IMG/VR virus record: IMGVR_UViG_3300013383_000020
Location: 1-64,000 of that record
Strand: one strand, 5' to 3'
DNA length: 64,000 nucleotides
DNA from: a virus
Lineage: Duplodnaviria; Caudoviricetes
Below are positions 28,503 to 38,575 of the stretch, piece by piece. The translations under genes and the position numbers were made by a program. How positions within the stretch are numbered: the stretch's first letter is position 1; each line of letters begins with the position of its first letter. The notes under the pieces are model-generated. The model searched no databases. It was not told where the DNA came from and saw nothing but the letters and a program-made list of their open reading frames with translations.

Positions 28503-31148
28503 TTAATCAGGGGGGGTCGAAAAATTATCTTTGAAGCAATTTAAGAAAGATTTTTTACTGACTTGATACAAGATTTTCATCAATAATGGTCTATTTTTTG
28601 ATGTTTTTGATTTAATTCTTGTTGTATTTTCAACTAATTTTGGCGTAATCTTAAAAGCACGATTTATAATCCACGACATTAATCCTGAATAATTTTTCGA
28701 AATATATGTCTTGCCAATATCATTAATTAAATCTTCAAAATCACTTCTTAACAATAAATGGTGAGAATAATCATAGATATTATCATTAGATTGCGCTTCG
28801 CACATACATAGTGAATAATTACTAATTAATTCTTCAACTTTTTTACATTGTTTTTTGTCTTTTTCAAGTGGATGGGAAATGAAAAATTCTGACATTGGAA
28901 GTGTAGAAGTCTTATCTCGATATTTAGAAATATTTAAACTGTAAAGGTAATTCATTGGACATGTAAGCCTAGCATTTATATTGCTTTTGTTTGTATTTTT
29001 CTTTAAGAGTTTCCAAAAAACAGGATATTTATTTTTTGCTATATTCATATTGTCCTTAATATTTTTTATCTCAACCGTAACATCTGTGTCAAATCTACGC
29101 TTACTACTATCTATAGCAACTTGTGCAAGTACAGATAAAATAGATACATAATCATCATATTTTGTCTCTTCTGGAAAAGAACTAGCATATGTCTGGGCAA
29201 TCTGGGCAAGATTACTTGATTCTCCGATATCTGTCTGACTTTTCGAAAGAAGATTATCAACTAAAGCATAAGCATCCATAGTATTGTTATAATGATTCGA
29301 TTCTTTTGGAATATTATTAACTATAGTCGGATAATTAATATAACATTGTCTTGCGTGTTCAACTATATCAATTTGGTTCGTTGTATAGCCAAAATCTGAG
29401 TCCATATCCATACCATTAGCTCTATCTTGAGCATCTGTTCCAATCATATTTATTGCAATTATGTTATTGCTAAAATTAAAATATCTTTCCAATTTATCAT
29501 CATAATGATTATGTAAATACAGCAAGTTGTTCTTACTGTTAAATGGACTTCTAAAGAACGCAAGATATTCATTATCATCAAATCTACTTGTATAACATTG
29601 GATTGTTCCGTCTTCGTGATAAAATGTGGTATCATCATCTACTGACTTATCATCACCAGTTGCAGCATATAATAACATTGCATAAGGAGATCCAACAACA
29701 GTCAAATTATCTGCATTCTGAATTATTTTTCCTGATTTCAAATTTAATACATAAGTTTCAATGATTTTCTTTTTTCTCTCTCGAAAATATGAACTTCGAT
29801 AAAATTCTTTATTATGTTCACACAATGCAATCAATACTTCAAAATCATTAGAAAAATTTGAATTCTTCTTTAAGTATTCAAGAAAGAAATCGTTATCTGT
29901 TTTTAATCTCTCTACATATTCAACGCTTTCTTTTACAACATTTTTCATTATTTCTTCATCAAGAGAATTAACCATTTGGTAACTCATTTTTTGTACATTG
30001 CCTAGTTTGCTTTCATGAGCTGTTTTTACTATGCCAAACTGACAATCATTTGCTTCTACCCAATCACACCAATATTCATAAGGGATTGAAAATTTATTCC
30101 ATTTTATTGCATTATCAGTTGTAATAAGTTCAATGTCTTTTACATAATGTTCATTTCCCCACATATCTTTAACAACAACAGAAGAGTAGTTGTCTCCAAA
30201 GTAATCTTTGAAAAACTGTTGTATATTTGTGTTGAAAGCAGCCATTTTTGTAAAATGGTGTCTTAATAATATATATCCATTACCCCATTCAGGAAAGATA
30301 CTGCTATCAATCAATGCTTGTCCATCAAATAACGTGTTTTTTAATTGATAATTATTAATATGTTTTGCAATACAATGTTTGTCTTTGTCTGTTTCGATAC
30401 TAATAATATTTGTCTTAAAAAATCTATCTACATCCTTCAATACTAAAATATTACGTGGGTTTATTCTAACTTTTCCAACAATACCACTCGATATAAGTGG
30501 AGCATAGGCACTAAGTTCTACGATTGGTGCATTCTGTTCAGGAATTTTAATACCCATGTGAAGAAAATTAATTGCTTTATCATACAGTTTATCAATAACG
30601 AACATACATGATCCTTTTTTTGCCTTGCCTGTGCTTCGGTAAAGCATTTTGTAATGTAATATTTCTCTTTTTTTTATTTCACCATTATGTTTTCTAAAAA
30701 TGTACTCGACATTAACGCCCTCGTTATAAAATTTTGTGCGCAATTCTTCTTTAGTTAATCCACGATATTTAAGTTTATTCTTTTTTGCTATTTCTAATAG
30801 TTCAGATATTTTATTGCATTTATTTCTAGCTCTTTGAACTGCATAAGAGTCTCTTTTTGACAATGCTATTATATATTCTTTTCTTGCACCTAAAGCAACT
30901 TTGTATAAATGATCAAGTTCCTGTCTATATGTGCGAGATCCATAATTAAATTCTAAGCAAATTATATCTCTTGTAGATTTATCTTTCCATGTAGATAATC
31001 CATTATTTTCTAAGTAGTCTTTAAATAAACTATTGACAAACATAGCATCTTTATATTCATAATGATCTCTAACACCAATATTATATTCAAATAATGTACT
31101 TGCTTCTATATTCTTAATTTTTAAACCATAATTACCTATTGCAAGCAC
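28503..31148 (-). CDS. YonO-like single-subunit DNA-dependent RNA polymerase (RdRP-like double-psi barrel)
   Basis: FDGQ, FRSPFNS and catalytic NGMDMDSD (DxDxD); 881 aa; upstream of the late operon as in SPbeta. Confidence 0.85.
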   Translation of the reverse strand: MLAIGNYGLKIKNIEASTLFEYNIGVRDHYEYKDAMFVNSLFKDYLENNGLSTWKDKSTRDIICLEFNYGSRTYRQELDHLYKVALGARKEYIIALSKRDSYAVQRARNKCNKISELLEIAKKNKLKYRGLTKEELRTKFYNEGVNVEYIFRKHNGEIKKREILHYKMLYRSTGKAKKGSCMFVIDKLYDKAINFLHMGIKIPEQNAPIVELSAYAPLISSGIVGKVRINPRNILVLKDVDRFFKTNIISIETDKDKHCIAKHINNYQLKNTLFDGQALIDSSIFPEWGNGYILLRHHFTKMAAFNTNIQQFFKDYFGDNYSSVVVKDMWGNEHYVKDIELITTDNAIKWNKFSIPYEYWCDWVEANDCQFGIVKTAHESKLGNVQKMSYQMVNSLDEEIMKNVVKESVEYVERLKTDNDFFLEYLKKNSNFSNDFEVLIALCEHNKEFYRSSYFRERKKKIIETYVLNLKSGKIIQNADNLTVVGSPYAMLLYAATGDDKSVDDDTTFYHEDGTIQCYTSRFDDNEYLAFFRSPFNSKNNLLYLHNHYDDKLERYFNFSNNIIAINMIGTDAQDRANGMDMDSDFGYTTNQIDIVEHARQCYINYPTIVNNIPKESNHYNNTMDAYALVDNLLSKSQTDIGESSNLAQIAQTYASSFPEETKYDDYVSILSVLAQVAIDSSKRRFDTDVTVEIKNIKDNMNIAKNKYPVFWKLLKKNTNKSNINARLTCPMNYLYSLNISKYRDKTSTLPMSEFFISHPLEKDKKQCKKVEELISNYSLCMCEAQSNDNIYDYSHHLLLRSDFEDLINDIGKTYISKNYSGLMSWIINRAFKITPKLVENTTRIKSKTSKNRPLLMKILYQVSKKSFLNCFKDNFSTPPD

Positions 31149-31150
31149 CT

Positions 31151-31465
31151 CTATTCTCTCGTAAGTAATTCATATAAATCTTCAGTAGTTTGAAGCACTA
31201 TTTCGTTATGATTTTCATCAAAAATAGTTCCTTCCTTCCATTTTTTACCAAAATCAAGTTCAAAACAGAAATAACTAATCCATTCGTTCTTGTCTTTTTC
31301 ACCCATAAATGTATGTAATAAGTCAATCACAGTAGCAGTACAATCTGGTTGAAAAATATATCCATCAACACCACTTTTCCTAAAATAATTATTTAAACCT
31401 TCTTGATATCTCCATGTGTTACACACGGATTCAATTGCATTAACAAAACTTTCCTTACTAATCAT
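31151..31465 (-). CDS. Phage hypothetical protein
   Basis: 104 aa; WISYFCFELDFG and EDLYELL motifs. Confidence 0.7.
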   Translation of the reverse strand: MISKESFVNAIESVCNTWRYQEGLNNYFRKSGVDGYIFQPDCTATVIDLLHTFMGEKDKNEWISYFCFELDFGKKWKEGTIFDENHNEIVLQTTEDLYELLTRE

Positions 31466-31488
31466 TCAATAACTCCTTTATAATTTTA

Positions 31489-31914
31489 TTACGAAACTTC
31501 CCTTCGTATATTTTCATATGCGAACCCATCATTCGTCGTGTAATAAATATGTCTTATTCCGAGATCCTTAATTGCAGCCATACAACTAGGGCATGGGCGA
31601 GACATTCCATATTCCTGATCACAACGGCTTCTATATACATATAATTTGACCTTGGAAAAATTTATATCCAGATGTCGGATAGAATTAAGACAATTAATTT
31701 CCGCATGAAGTTTTGCAACGAAGCATCCTATATTATTATTCTCTCTGTATTGATTATAATATTGCTGAATTGGATGCGTTTTGTTAGTGTTATAACCAAC
31801 CGCAATTACATGACCTTGATATACTGCAATGCATCCAATATGAGTCTTGTGAAAATCAGAGCAAGTTGATACATTCTTTGCTTTTGCAAAGTAATATTCA
31901 TCAGTTCTCGTCAT
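31489..31914 (-). CDS. Cytidine/dCMP deaminase-fold protein
   Basis: HAE...PCPSC zinc-binding motif, IAVGYN. Confidence 0.85.
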   Translation of the reverse strand: MTRTDEYYFAKAKNVSTCSDFHKTHIGCIAVYQGHVIAVGYNTNKTHPIQQYYNQYRENNNIGCFVAKLHAEINCLNSIRHLDINFSKVKLYVYRSRCDQEYGMSRPCPSCMAAIKDLGIRHIYYTTNDGFAYENIRREVS

Positions 31915-32263
31915 AGTATTCCACCATTGCACGATTGCTTTCGACAGCATCATTGCCCATATCAAAACAATCATAAGTATACTGATAAAGATTCATATAT
32001 TTATCTAATCGTCCATTGTTATACAGTTTTTCAACCATCTTACAAACATCAGTCTTAATAGTCTTCTTTGTACTCTCAATATACTGTGTTCCGATTTCCT
32101 GCATATCAATCTTAAATCTGTCATCGATCGTATCCCAATGCAACCACATTGATACCTTATATTGATCTAATTCCTGTTCATGAATATATGTACATACAAC
32201 ATCATATTTGCTATTTGGTAGTGGAATAGTAATAGTGTAACCTTCATTCTTATAATTAAGCAT
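31901..32263 (-). CDS. Phage hypothetical protein
   Basis: 120-aa ORF overlapping its neighbours. Confidence 0.65.
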   Translation of the reverse strand: MLNYKNEGYTITIPLPNSKYDVVCTYIHEQELDQYKVSMWLHWDTIDDRFKIDMQEIGTQYIESTKKTIKTDVCKMVEKLYNNGRLDKYMNLYQYTYDCFDMGNDAVESNRAMVEYYDEN

Positions 32264-32456
32264 TCTTCATTCTCCTTTCTCTTGCCTCTGTATTTTCTTT
32301 ACATCTTGCGTCAAATTTCCAATCTGAGATAACATTTTCAACAATGTGACCGTTTGCGTGATCTGTGTCTAAATCGTATTCGGTAATATATCCTCCATAT
32401 GTGTTATGGTTTGTTTTTGTAATATTCTGCATAATATAATTCATGTAATTGTTCAT
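32256..32456 (-). CDS. Phage hypothetical protein
   Basis: AAGGAG RBS, 66 aa. Confidence 0.55.
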   Translation of the reverse strand: MNNYMNYIMQNITKTNHNTYGGYITEYDLDTDHANGHIVENVISDWKFDARCKENTEARERRMKNA

Positions 32457-32560
32457 ATAGTAATTTTTGTTCTCCTTTTTGTTTGTTAAAATTTTTATTC
32501 ATAATTTTCAGCTCCTTTGAGTGCTGCGTTGATGGATACATATGTATATTCTCTTTTTTT

Positions 32561-32785
32561 CTATGATTTATTACCATTTTTTATTTCTCCAAATGAGTTA
32601 ACATTATAGACTTCTAGCATCTTAGCTATAGCCCATTCAATTTCTTGTTCATAGCCTTCTTTATTAAGAACATATATATTTGGAACATTTTGTGGTGGCT
32701 TTTTTGGATCTGGCTGAACGCTGCCAACCTCTTTCTTAATTAAAAGTGGTTCTTTATCACCAATAGAAGAGGTGAGATACTGAAT
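32561..32785 (-). pseudogene. Orphan 3' fragment of a paralogue of the 33813-34622 protein
   Basis: Start-less frame IQYLTSSIG..LLIKK..PQNVPNIYVL..EIEWAIAKMLEVY resembles LIYIRR..PTRNVYAL..IELERIY. Confidence 0.55.
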
Positions 32786-32788
32786 ATG

Positions 32789-33811
32789 TTAAAAATTTGA
32801 AAATTGTCTAAAACACTCCCCTTTGTTTTTATACACATATGTCAAATAACCATTATTTTGTAATTCTGTAACACGTTTTCTGAATTCTTCAATATTTATA
32901 ATTCCATGTTTATTCTGAGAATGAAATTGATAAAAATGCTCCATATTAATTTTTTCTCCAATCTGCAAATAATATTTTTGTGGTTCTTTCCAATATTCTT
33001 CAACTGGAATATATTTTGGGCTTATAAATATTTGCTCAACATCAAATGTTTCTGTACCAACTCGATTTACTGAATATTTTGGAGATTGTTTTGGAAGTGT
33101 AAAGGATGGTTTGTCTAAACAACGACAGTCAGAATTGTATTTTGGATCATATTGTGCAATATAATATAATTCATATATATTTGTATCAGCTTGTGTTTTC
33201 ATCGGATATAACTCTATTTTTGAAAAGTTACCATTTGTTCTTTCTCTCGCAGACTCACAAGCACGATCAAGAAGATGAAGATTACTTTTACCAATATAAA
33301 CGAGCTGACCATTATCATCATAGATAAAATAACATCCAAAATTTTCTTCTTTAGAAATTGTTGGTTTATCATAAAATGTAATATTCCATCTTGCCATTTT
33401 ATAAGTACCTTCCAATATCTTAAAATGATGTGGATAATAAATATCATCTTGTTTAGGCTTTTGAAGTAAATACTGCGAATTATATGATATACTCAATCCA
33501 AATGATTCAAACACCTCATCAAAAGAAATAATTGATGGATTATTTGTAAATTTTGCAATATTTTCATTGCCTTTATTAGAGATAGAAGATAAATCTTGAT
33601 ATTTCCCATTTTGTGATAATGTAATCCAATTATAATAATTGTTTGATAAATCAAGAATATTTTTTGTATCTTTTGGAAGATTCTCTATGTATGTAAATAT
33701 TTTTGATAAGTCTTTAATACTATCAATACAATCTTCAGAAATATCAATATTATTATTCTTAAATATTTTTAATAGATAATTGGCTAAATGCCTTCCACTT
33801 GTAAAATGCAT
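32789..33811 (-). CDS. Protein with a GIY-YIG nuclease domain
   Basis: GCYFIYD...LVYIGKS..L.DR...ELYYI...PKYN. Confidence 0.75.
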   Translation of the reverse strand: MHFTSGRHLANYLLKIFKNNNIDISEDCIDSIKDLSKIFTYIENLPKDTKNILDLSNNYYNWITLSQNGKYQDLSSISNKGNENIAKFTNNPSIISFDEVFESFGLSISYNSQYLLQKPKQDDIYYPHHFKILEGTYKMARWNITFYDKPTISKEENFGCYFIYDDNGQLVYIGKSNLHLLDRACESARERTNGNFSKIELYPMKTQADTNIYELYYIAQYDPKYNSDCRCLDKPSFTLPKQSPKYSVNRVGTETFDVEQIFISPKYIPVEEYWKEPQKYYLQIGEKINMEHFYQFHSQNKHGIINIEEFRKRVTELQNNGYLTYVYKNKGECFRQFSNF

Positions 33812-33812
33812 T

Positions 33813-34622
33813 TTATTCTCCTTTCATTTTTGTTAGATATCTTATTTCGCCAGGTACATCCTTCTTGTTATATATTCTCTTTCCATATATTCTTTCTAAC
33901 TCGATTAGAACAGCATCACCTTCTAATTCACTTGGATCAAGAGCATATACATTTCTCGTGGGAACAAATATACCTTCTTCTTTCTTATTCTCCACAAACA
34001 TATCTCTTCTTATATAAATCAATTTACAAGATTCTAATATAGATAAACCATTTTCCACAGTTGGAATAGAAGTATCTAATCCTTTTGCAATTTGTGATTT
34101 GGATGGAAATGAGATTTTAGCAGGCGCAATATCTCCTGGGTAGTCCATAATATATTGCTTTATATAGAGATAAATCCCAAAAAGAATTGATTTATTAATC
34201 TTAGATGATATAGAACAGATTTTTTCATATTCAGAAATGGTTATCTGTACAAAATTATCTTCTGTAAAAAAGATATTATTTTCATTAGATAGCTGTAAGT
34301 AAAATAAATCATTTGGCTTAACTACAAATATATCTACATTACAACTTGCATATCCTTTATTAATAATTTCTGTTTTAATGATTTCTCGAAAATCAGAATA
34401 TATGGATTTATTATTTGTTTTTATAGAATATCCAATTTCCTGTAACAAATCATTAAGTGTGAGAGTAACTTGTCCAAAAGTTTGTACATGCTTTCTTAGA
34501 TACAATATGATGAGATAGTATTTTAAACCTGAAATGCCTTTGTGATTTTTGATTTCTTTTTTTGAAAATCCAACTGATGTTATTTTTTTATCTTTTTCGG
34601 ATAGATAAATATAGTTGTCGAT
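33813..34622 (-). CDS. Putative winged-helix replication initiator-like protein
   Basis: SFPSKSQIAKGLDTSIPTV..L..L...LI winged-helix motif and NVY; frame extends upstream to ATC 34622 behind GAAAGGAG; near iterons. Confidence 0.55.
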   Translation of the reverse strand: MDNYIYLSEKDKKITSVGFSKKEIKNHKGISGLKYYLIILYLRKHVQTFGQVTLTLNDLLQEIGYSIKTNNKSIYSDFREIIKTEIINKGYASCNVDIFVVKPNDLFYLQLSNENNIFFTEDNFVQITISEYEKICSISSKINKSILFGIYLYIKQYIMDYPGDIAPAKISFPSKSQIAKGLDTSIPTVENGLSILESCKLIYIRRDMFVENKKEEGIFVPTRNVYALDPSELEGDAVLIELERIYGKRIYNKKDVPGEIRYLTKMKGE

Positions 34623-34647
34623 TTTTAATCGCTCCTTTCATAAAAAA

Positions 34648-35361
34648 TTATTCCCAAAACTTTATTCTCTGTTGTATATTAATTGTTTTCTTGTTTGTAA
34701 TTCTTTTTATAGTATTATCATTGCTATGAAGAGCTTCTGGTGAATAACCTGTAGTATAAAGTCTAATGTTTTTACCAAGTGAATAGAAAATAGATTCGTT
34801 ATTTTTATATTCAATTCGTGTGCCAATAACCTTTTTATCTTTTGAATTAGTGGTATAAGAAATTTCACCTTTTAATTCAGGGAAAAATTGTTTTAAAAAT
34901 AATAGATACTCTAATAATGGAGTAATTCCATTTGTAAGTGTTGTGCCAATAATTCCACTTTTAATATCTTTTAACAAAGTATCATTAAATACAATATAAT
35001 TTGATTGCTGTAAAATTTCTTCAATTCTGTTTACGCTTATATTAAGTCCATATGTATTTTCTTTTTCGAGTTTTGATGGTGTCATATTATATCCACACCC
35101 GTAAGCGTGAAATTTTTTAATATAAAAATCTTCAACAATCAGTAGCAAGTTTAAATCATTTATTGTTTCCAATATCTCAAACGAAAAATTTTCTTTTCCA
35201 TATCTATTAAAATCTTCTTGCAAATACTGTGAGTGATGGATGTTCTTTTCTAAATCTGAAAAATGTTTCTTTATTCGGGCTTCAATATTACGACTTTGAC
35301 CAATATAACATTTATCATTGATTAAATTTGTTATTTTATAAATTCCTTGTGTTTTCTGCAT
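34648..35361 (-). CDS. GIY-YIG endonuclease
   Basis: GIYKITN..CYIGQS.NI..R..H, GYN. Confidence 0.88.
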   Translation of the reverse strand: MQKTQGIYKITNLINDKCYIGQSRNIEARIKKHFSDLEKNIHHSQYLQEDFNRYGKENFSFEILETINDLNLLLIVEDFYIKKFHAYGCGYNMTPSKLEKENTYGLNISVNRIEEILQQSNYIVFNDTLLKDIKSGIIGTTLTNGITPLLEYLLFLKQFFPELKGEISYTTNSKDKKVIGTRIEYKNNESIFYSLGKNIRLYTTGYSPEALHSNDNTIKRITNKKTINIQQRIKFWE

Positions 35362-35396
35362 TGTATTCTCCTTTATTATTTTACTAAAAAATTCTA

Positions 35397-35490
35397 TGTG
35401 AAAATTTTCCCATTAATTTAACCTGCCCCCATTAAGTTTGTGTGAAAATTTTCCCAAAGGGATACTTAATTCTGTGTGAAAATTTTCCCA
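35397..35490. repeat. Three 16-bp direct repeats (iteron-like) next to an AT-rich tract
   Basis: TGTGAAAATTTTCCCA at 35397, 35441 and 35475. Confidence 0.85.
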
Positions 35491-35688
35491 AAAAGTTGGT
35501 ATATAGTATAAAAGCATAATTAATAATATAAAAAAGCATAAATATATAAAAAAGAATAAAAACTTCGTAAATGGTCTAGCGACCATTTACTCCGTAAAAA
35601 ATCTTATTAACATTTATTGGTTGGATTTAGGTACATGATGCTCTGATTTGAATTTGAATTTGAGTACATGTGAGATATACCTATTTTA

Positions 35689-36066
35689 TTATTCTCCATC
35701 TGAATTATCATTCTCTTCCAAATTAATATATTTCCCAAACATATCCTTTACAAAGAATACCGGCATCTTATCATTGTATTTTTCATATAATTCTGTTCCA
35801 GTCATAACAGAATAGAGTATTCTTCTACTATATAACTCTGATCTTACATAGTCTTTTACAATACTATCTTTTAATTTCTCACCTATCTTTCCACAAATAG
35901 TACAATAACTGCATAAATGTGTTTGAATACGATTCTTACCTGCAAATGATATAGGATATTGAATTAAACATTCTTTATACTGATGTTTGTGTTTTGCTTT
36001 ACGGTTACTTTTCGAAATGTTGCTTTCTGTTGATTTTTTATATTTTGGAATTTCTTGCTCATTCAT
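35689..36066 (-). CDS. Phage hypothetical protein (Cys/His motifs)
   Basis: KHKHQY.EC and YCTICGKI. Confidence 0.7.
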   Translation of the reverse strand: MNEQEIPKYKKSTESNISKSNRKAKHKHQYKECLIQYPISFAGKNRIQTHLCSYCTICGKIGEKLKDSIVKDYVRSELYSRRILYSVMTGTELYEKYNDKMPVFFVKDMFGKYINLEENDNSDGE

Positions 36067-36255
36067 ATATTAATTCTCCTTTTTATTTCTGATATGGTCT
36101 GTATACAGTTTTTTCATACCCCTATCTTTCGGTTAAATTTGAGTTTTGGAGAGTAAATTTTAATTGTAATGCATAATGTGATAATTTATATGCCTGTGAT
36201 ATTAAAGTGGCTAATTTTTCTCTCAGCGTTAATTTAAATTAAAAGATGAGATATA

Positions 36256-37056
36256 CTATGATGCTTCATCAAATATTGTTGATATTTTAATATTGGTACT
36301 GTATGTATCTGACAAATTGTATTTATTGAGTAAATTATTTACTACAGATTCGAAAAGTTTGCGTAGTGTGAGATTATGTTCTATTACATCTAATGTATAA
36401 GCGGATTCAAGTTTATTATTATAACAGTAGTCATCTATTTCCTGATTGAGGTCTATATCAGGATATGTATTTTGTAATTCTCTGTATAAATTCTTATATA
36501 ATTCTGTGTTAGATATTTGAAAATAGTCTGTTAATAATTGATATTTTGGATACATTTTGGTTGACCAATAAGACCATTTCTTTTTAGGAAGTTTTGATTG
36601 AACTGATTGAACATCTTTTAATGAATTTTCCAGTCTATCTAATCGCTCATTTGTAGATTTTTGAATTTCAAGCATAGTATCAGAGATAGTTTTCATAGTA
36701 AATATTAGAGAATTTATTGTATTTCCTTCCTCTAATTCGTGGAATCTTGTAACATATCTTGCTGTAAATTCTGTGCCTTTAATACCTGTAAGTTTGTTTG
36801 CTATAAATTCGCATCCTTTGTGAGTAACATTGTAACAAGGTCTGATTTCACCTTTACTGTCTATATAAGTGCTATCAATAAAGAAATCAACGGGTGCAAT
36901 TTTGCACTGGTTAGATTTTTCGTTATTAATCTTATCAATCTGATTAAGATATCTGCGAATGTCTCTTAAAAGAAATCTGTGTTCTTTATTTATCATTTGA
37001 GCGACTTCCATAGATGTAATTGTTTCTGTGTTTGTTGTAATAATTGTGTTGTTCAT
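36256..37056 (-). CDS. Rha-family phage regulatory protein
   Basis: ITSMEVA.MI.K.H..LLRDI, FF..STY.D..G..RPCY.VT.KGCEFIANKLTG.KG..FTA.YV.RF. Confidence 0.9.
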   Translation of the reverse strand: MNNTIITTNTETITSMEVAQMINKEHRFLLRDIRRYLNQIDKINNEKSNQCKIAPVDFFIDSTYIDSKGEIRPCYNVTHKGCEFIANKLTGIKGTEFTARYVTRFHELEEGNTINSLIFTMKTISDTMLEIQKSTNERLDRLENSLKDVQSVQSKLPKKKWSYWSTKMYPKYQLLTDYFQISNTELYKNLYRELQNTYPDIDLNQEIDDYCYNNKLESAYTLDVIEHNLTLRKLFESVVNNLLNKYNLSDTYSTNIKISTIFDEAS

Positions 37057-37644
37057 TTGTAAATCCTCCTTAAGTTATTTTTATAAGTTTCTGGTTATAT
37101 ATTCTCTGTTTGATTTTATTTTTGACATAAAAATAAGACAGTGTGATTACTGCCTTGCTGATTTTATGTGTAGTTTTATGGTAGCCCCTATATTAGGGTT
37201 ATATTCACTCTGAGAGAGAAATAAGAGAGTTTTATGTTTAGGCAAGGAATTTTATCATTGGATGTATTTTGAGGTGAATTTGGGTCGATTTCGTGAGATT
37301 TAAGCTAGAGATTGGGGTATGAGATAGGCTGTGTGGAGAGATTAGTATGGATAACATAATTTGTAATTTTTGCTGGAAAAATGCTTATCGGTAAAAGTGC
37401 CTATAAATAAGGATAATTTTGGGATTATGAGTGGGTTTTTGGTGAGATTGGAGTTTGGTTTTTGGGCTGTGAAGTGGGTGAAATGCTTGATTTTAGTGGG
37501 TTTTGACGATATGGGGTACGATATGAGATTTAGACGGTGAAATTTGGAATTTTGCTTGATTTTAGTGGGATTTCTGATGATTAGAAGAGGTAGAATTTTA
37601 GAGTTGGTGTATAGATGAAGCTGCTATAGCCGGAATTAAAAAAT

Positions 37645-37789
37645 AGAATATTCGTTCTGGTTTTTGCAGCCCCCTATATTTAGAAAACCACGGTATTTCT
37701 ACATTTTTCCGTAGGATTTCAGATAGAACAAACGTTCGATAAAATCAAATCTGGACTATCAGAGCAGAACACACTCGAACGTATGTTTG
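37645..37789. promoter_or_regulatory. Cluster of LexA/DinR (SOS) boxes in the divergent control region
   Basis: AGAACAAACGTTCG (37725), CGAACGTATGTTTG (37776), AGAATATTCGTTCT (37645) match Gram-positive CGAAC-N4-GTTCG. Confidence 0.7.
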
Positions 37790-38048
37790 TATTCTATCTG
37801 ATATGATCCGTTATCGTATTTTTTAAAAAATATTAAAACAACTACTTGACAACTATTAAAAAGTAGTTATAATGTAGCTATAAACAAAAACAAGTAACCA
37901 CATAAGGAGGTAGCAGCGCACACAAAAAACAATAAAATAAATAATTTTCAAAAAAATAAAATAAGTAGTTGACAACTACTAAAAACTATGCTAACATATG
38001 AACCATAGAAACAACCAAACAAAAACAACCAATCAGGAGGACAAAACA

Positions 38049-38427
38049 ATGTTAAAAAATTCAAAATTAGAAAACCTTTTCAAATTATCATCAAAAATAA
38101 CCGTCATAGTACCAGCTACAAAAAATATCAATGAGGAGATCGACAACACTCCATATGTTGACCGTGTAGCATCCCTTTTATCTGATCTTTTCGGAGGTGC
38201 AACCGCAACAACAACACTCGGTTACCGCAACAACAACACTCGGTTACTGGAAAAGCCCTACAATGGGATTAATCAAAGAAAAAAGTACAACAGTATTCGT
38301 ATATTGCAACCAATACGATCTGGAAGCTGGAGTTGATCAAGTAATTGATTTATGTACACAGCTTAAAGAAGAACTCACACAGGACGCTATAGCATTAGAG
38401 ATCAACGGCGAAATGTATTTTATCTAA
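38049..38427 (+). pseudogene. First early gene, disrupted by a 22-bp tandem duplication
   Basis: ACCGCAACAACAACACTCGGTT twice (38202-38245); removing one copy gives a 118-aa ORF ..FGGAT....GYW.. Confidence 0.8.
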
Positions 38428-38575
38428 TAAAAAATATCTGGACTGATACGGCAGCGGGTAGGGTTCAACGCCCTACACCAGATTTTCTAAACTATAAAAA
38501 GTTTAGTAAAAACTATTGACACACTACATAAAAAGTAGTAACATGATAGTATCATTTAAGGAAGGAGTGATCAAT

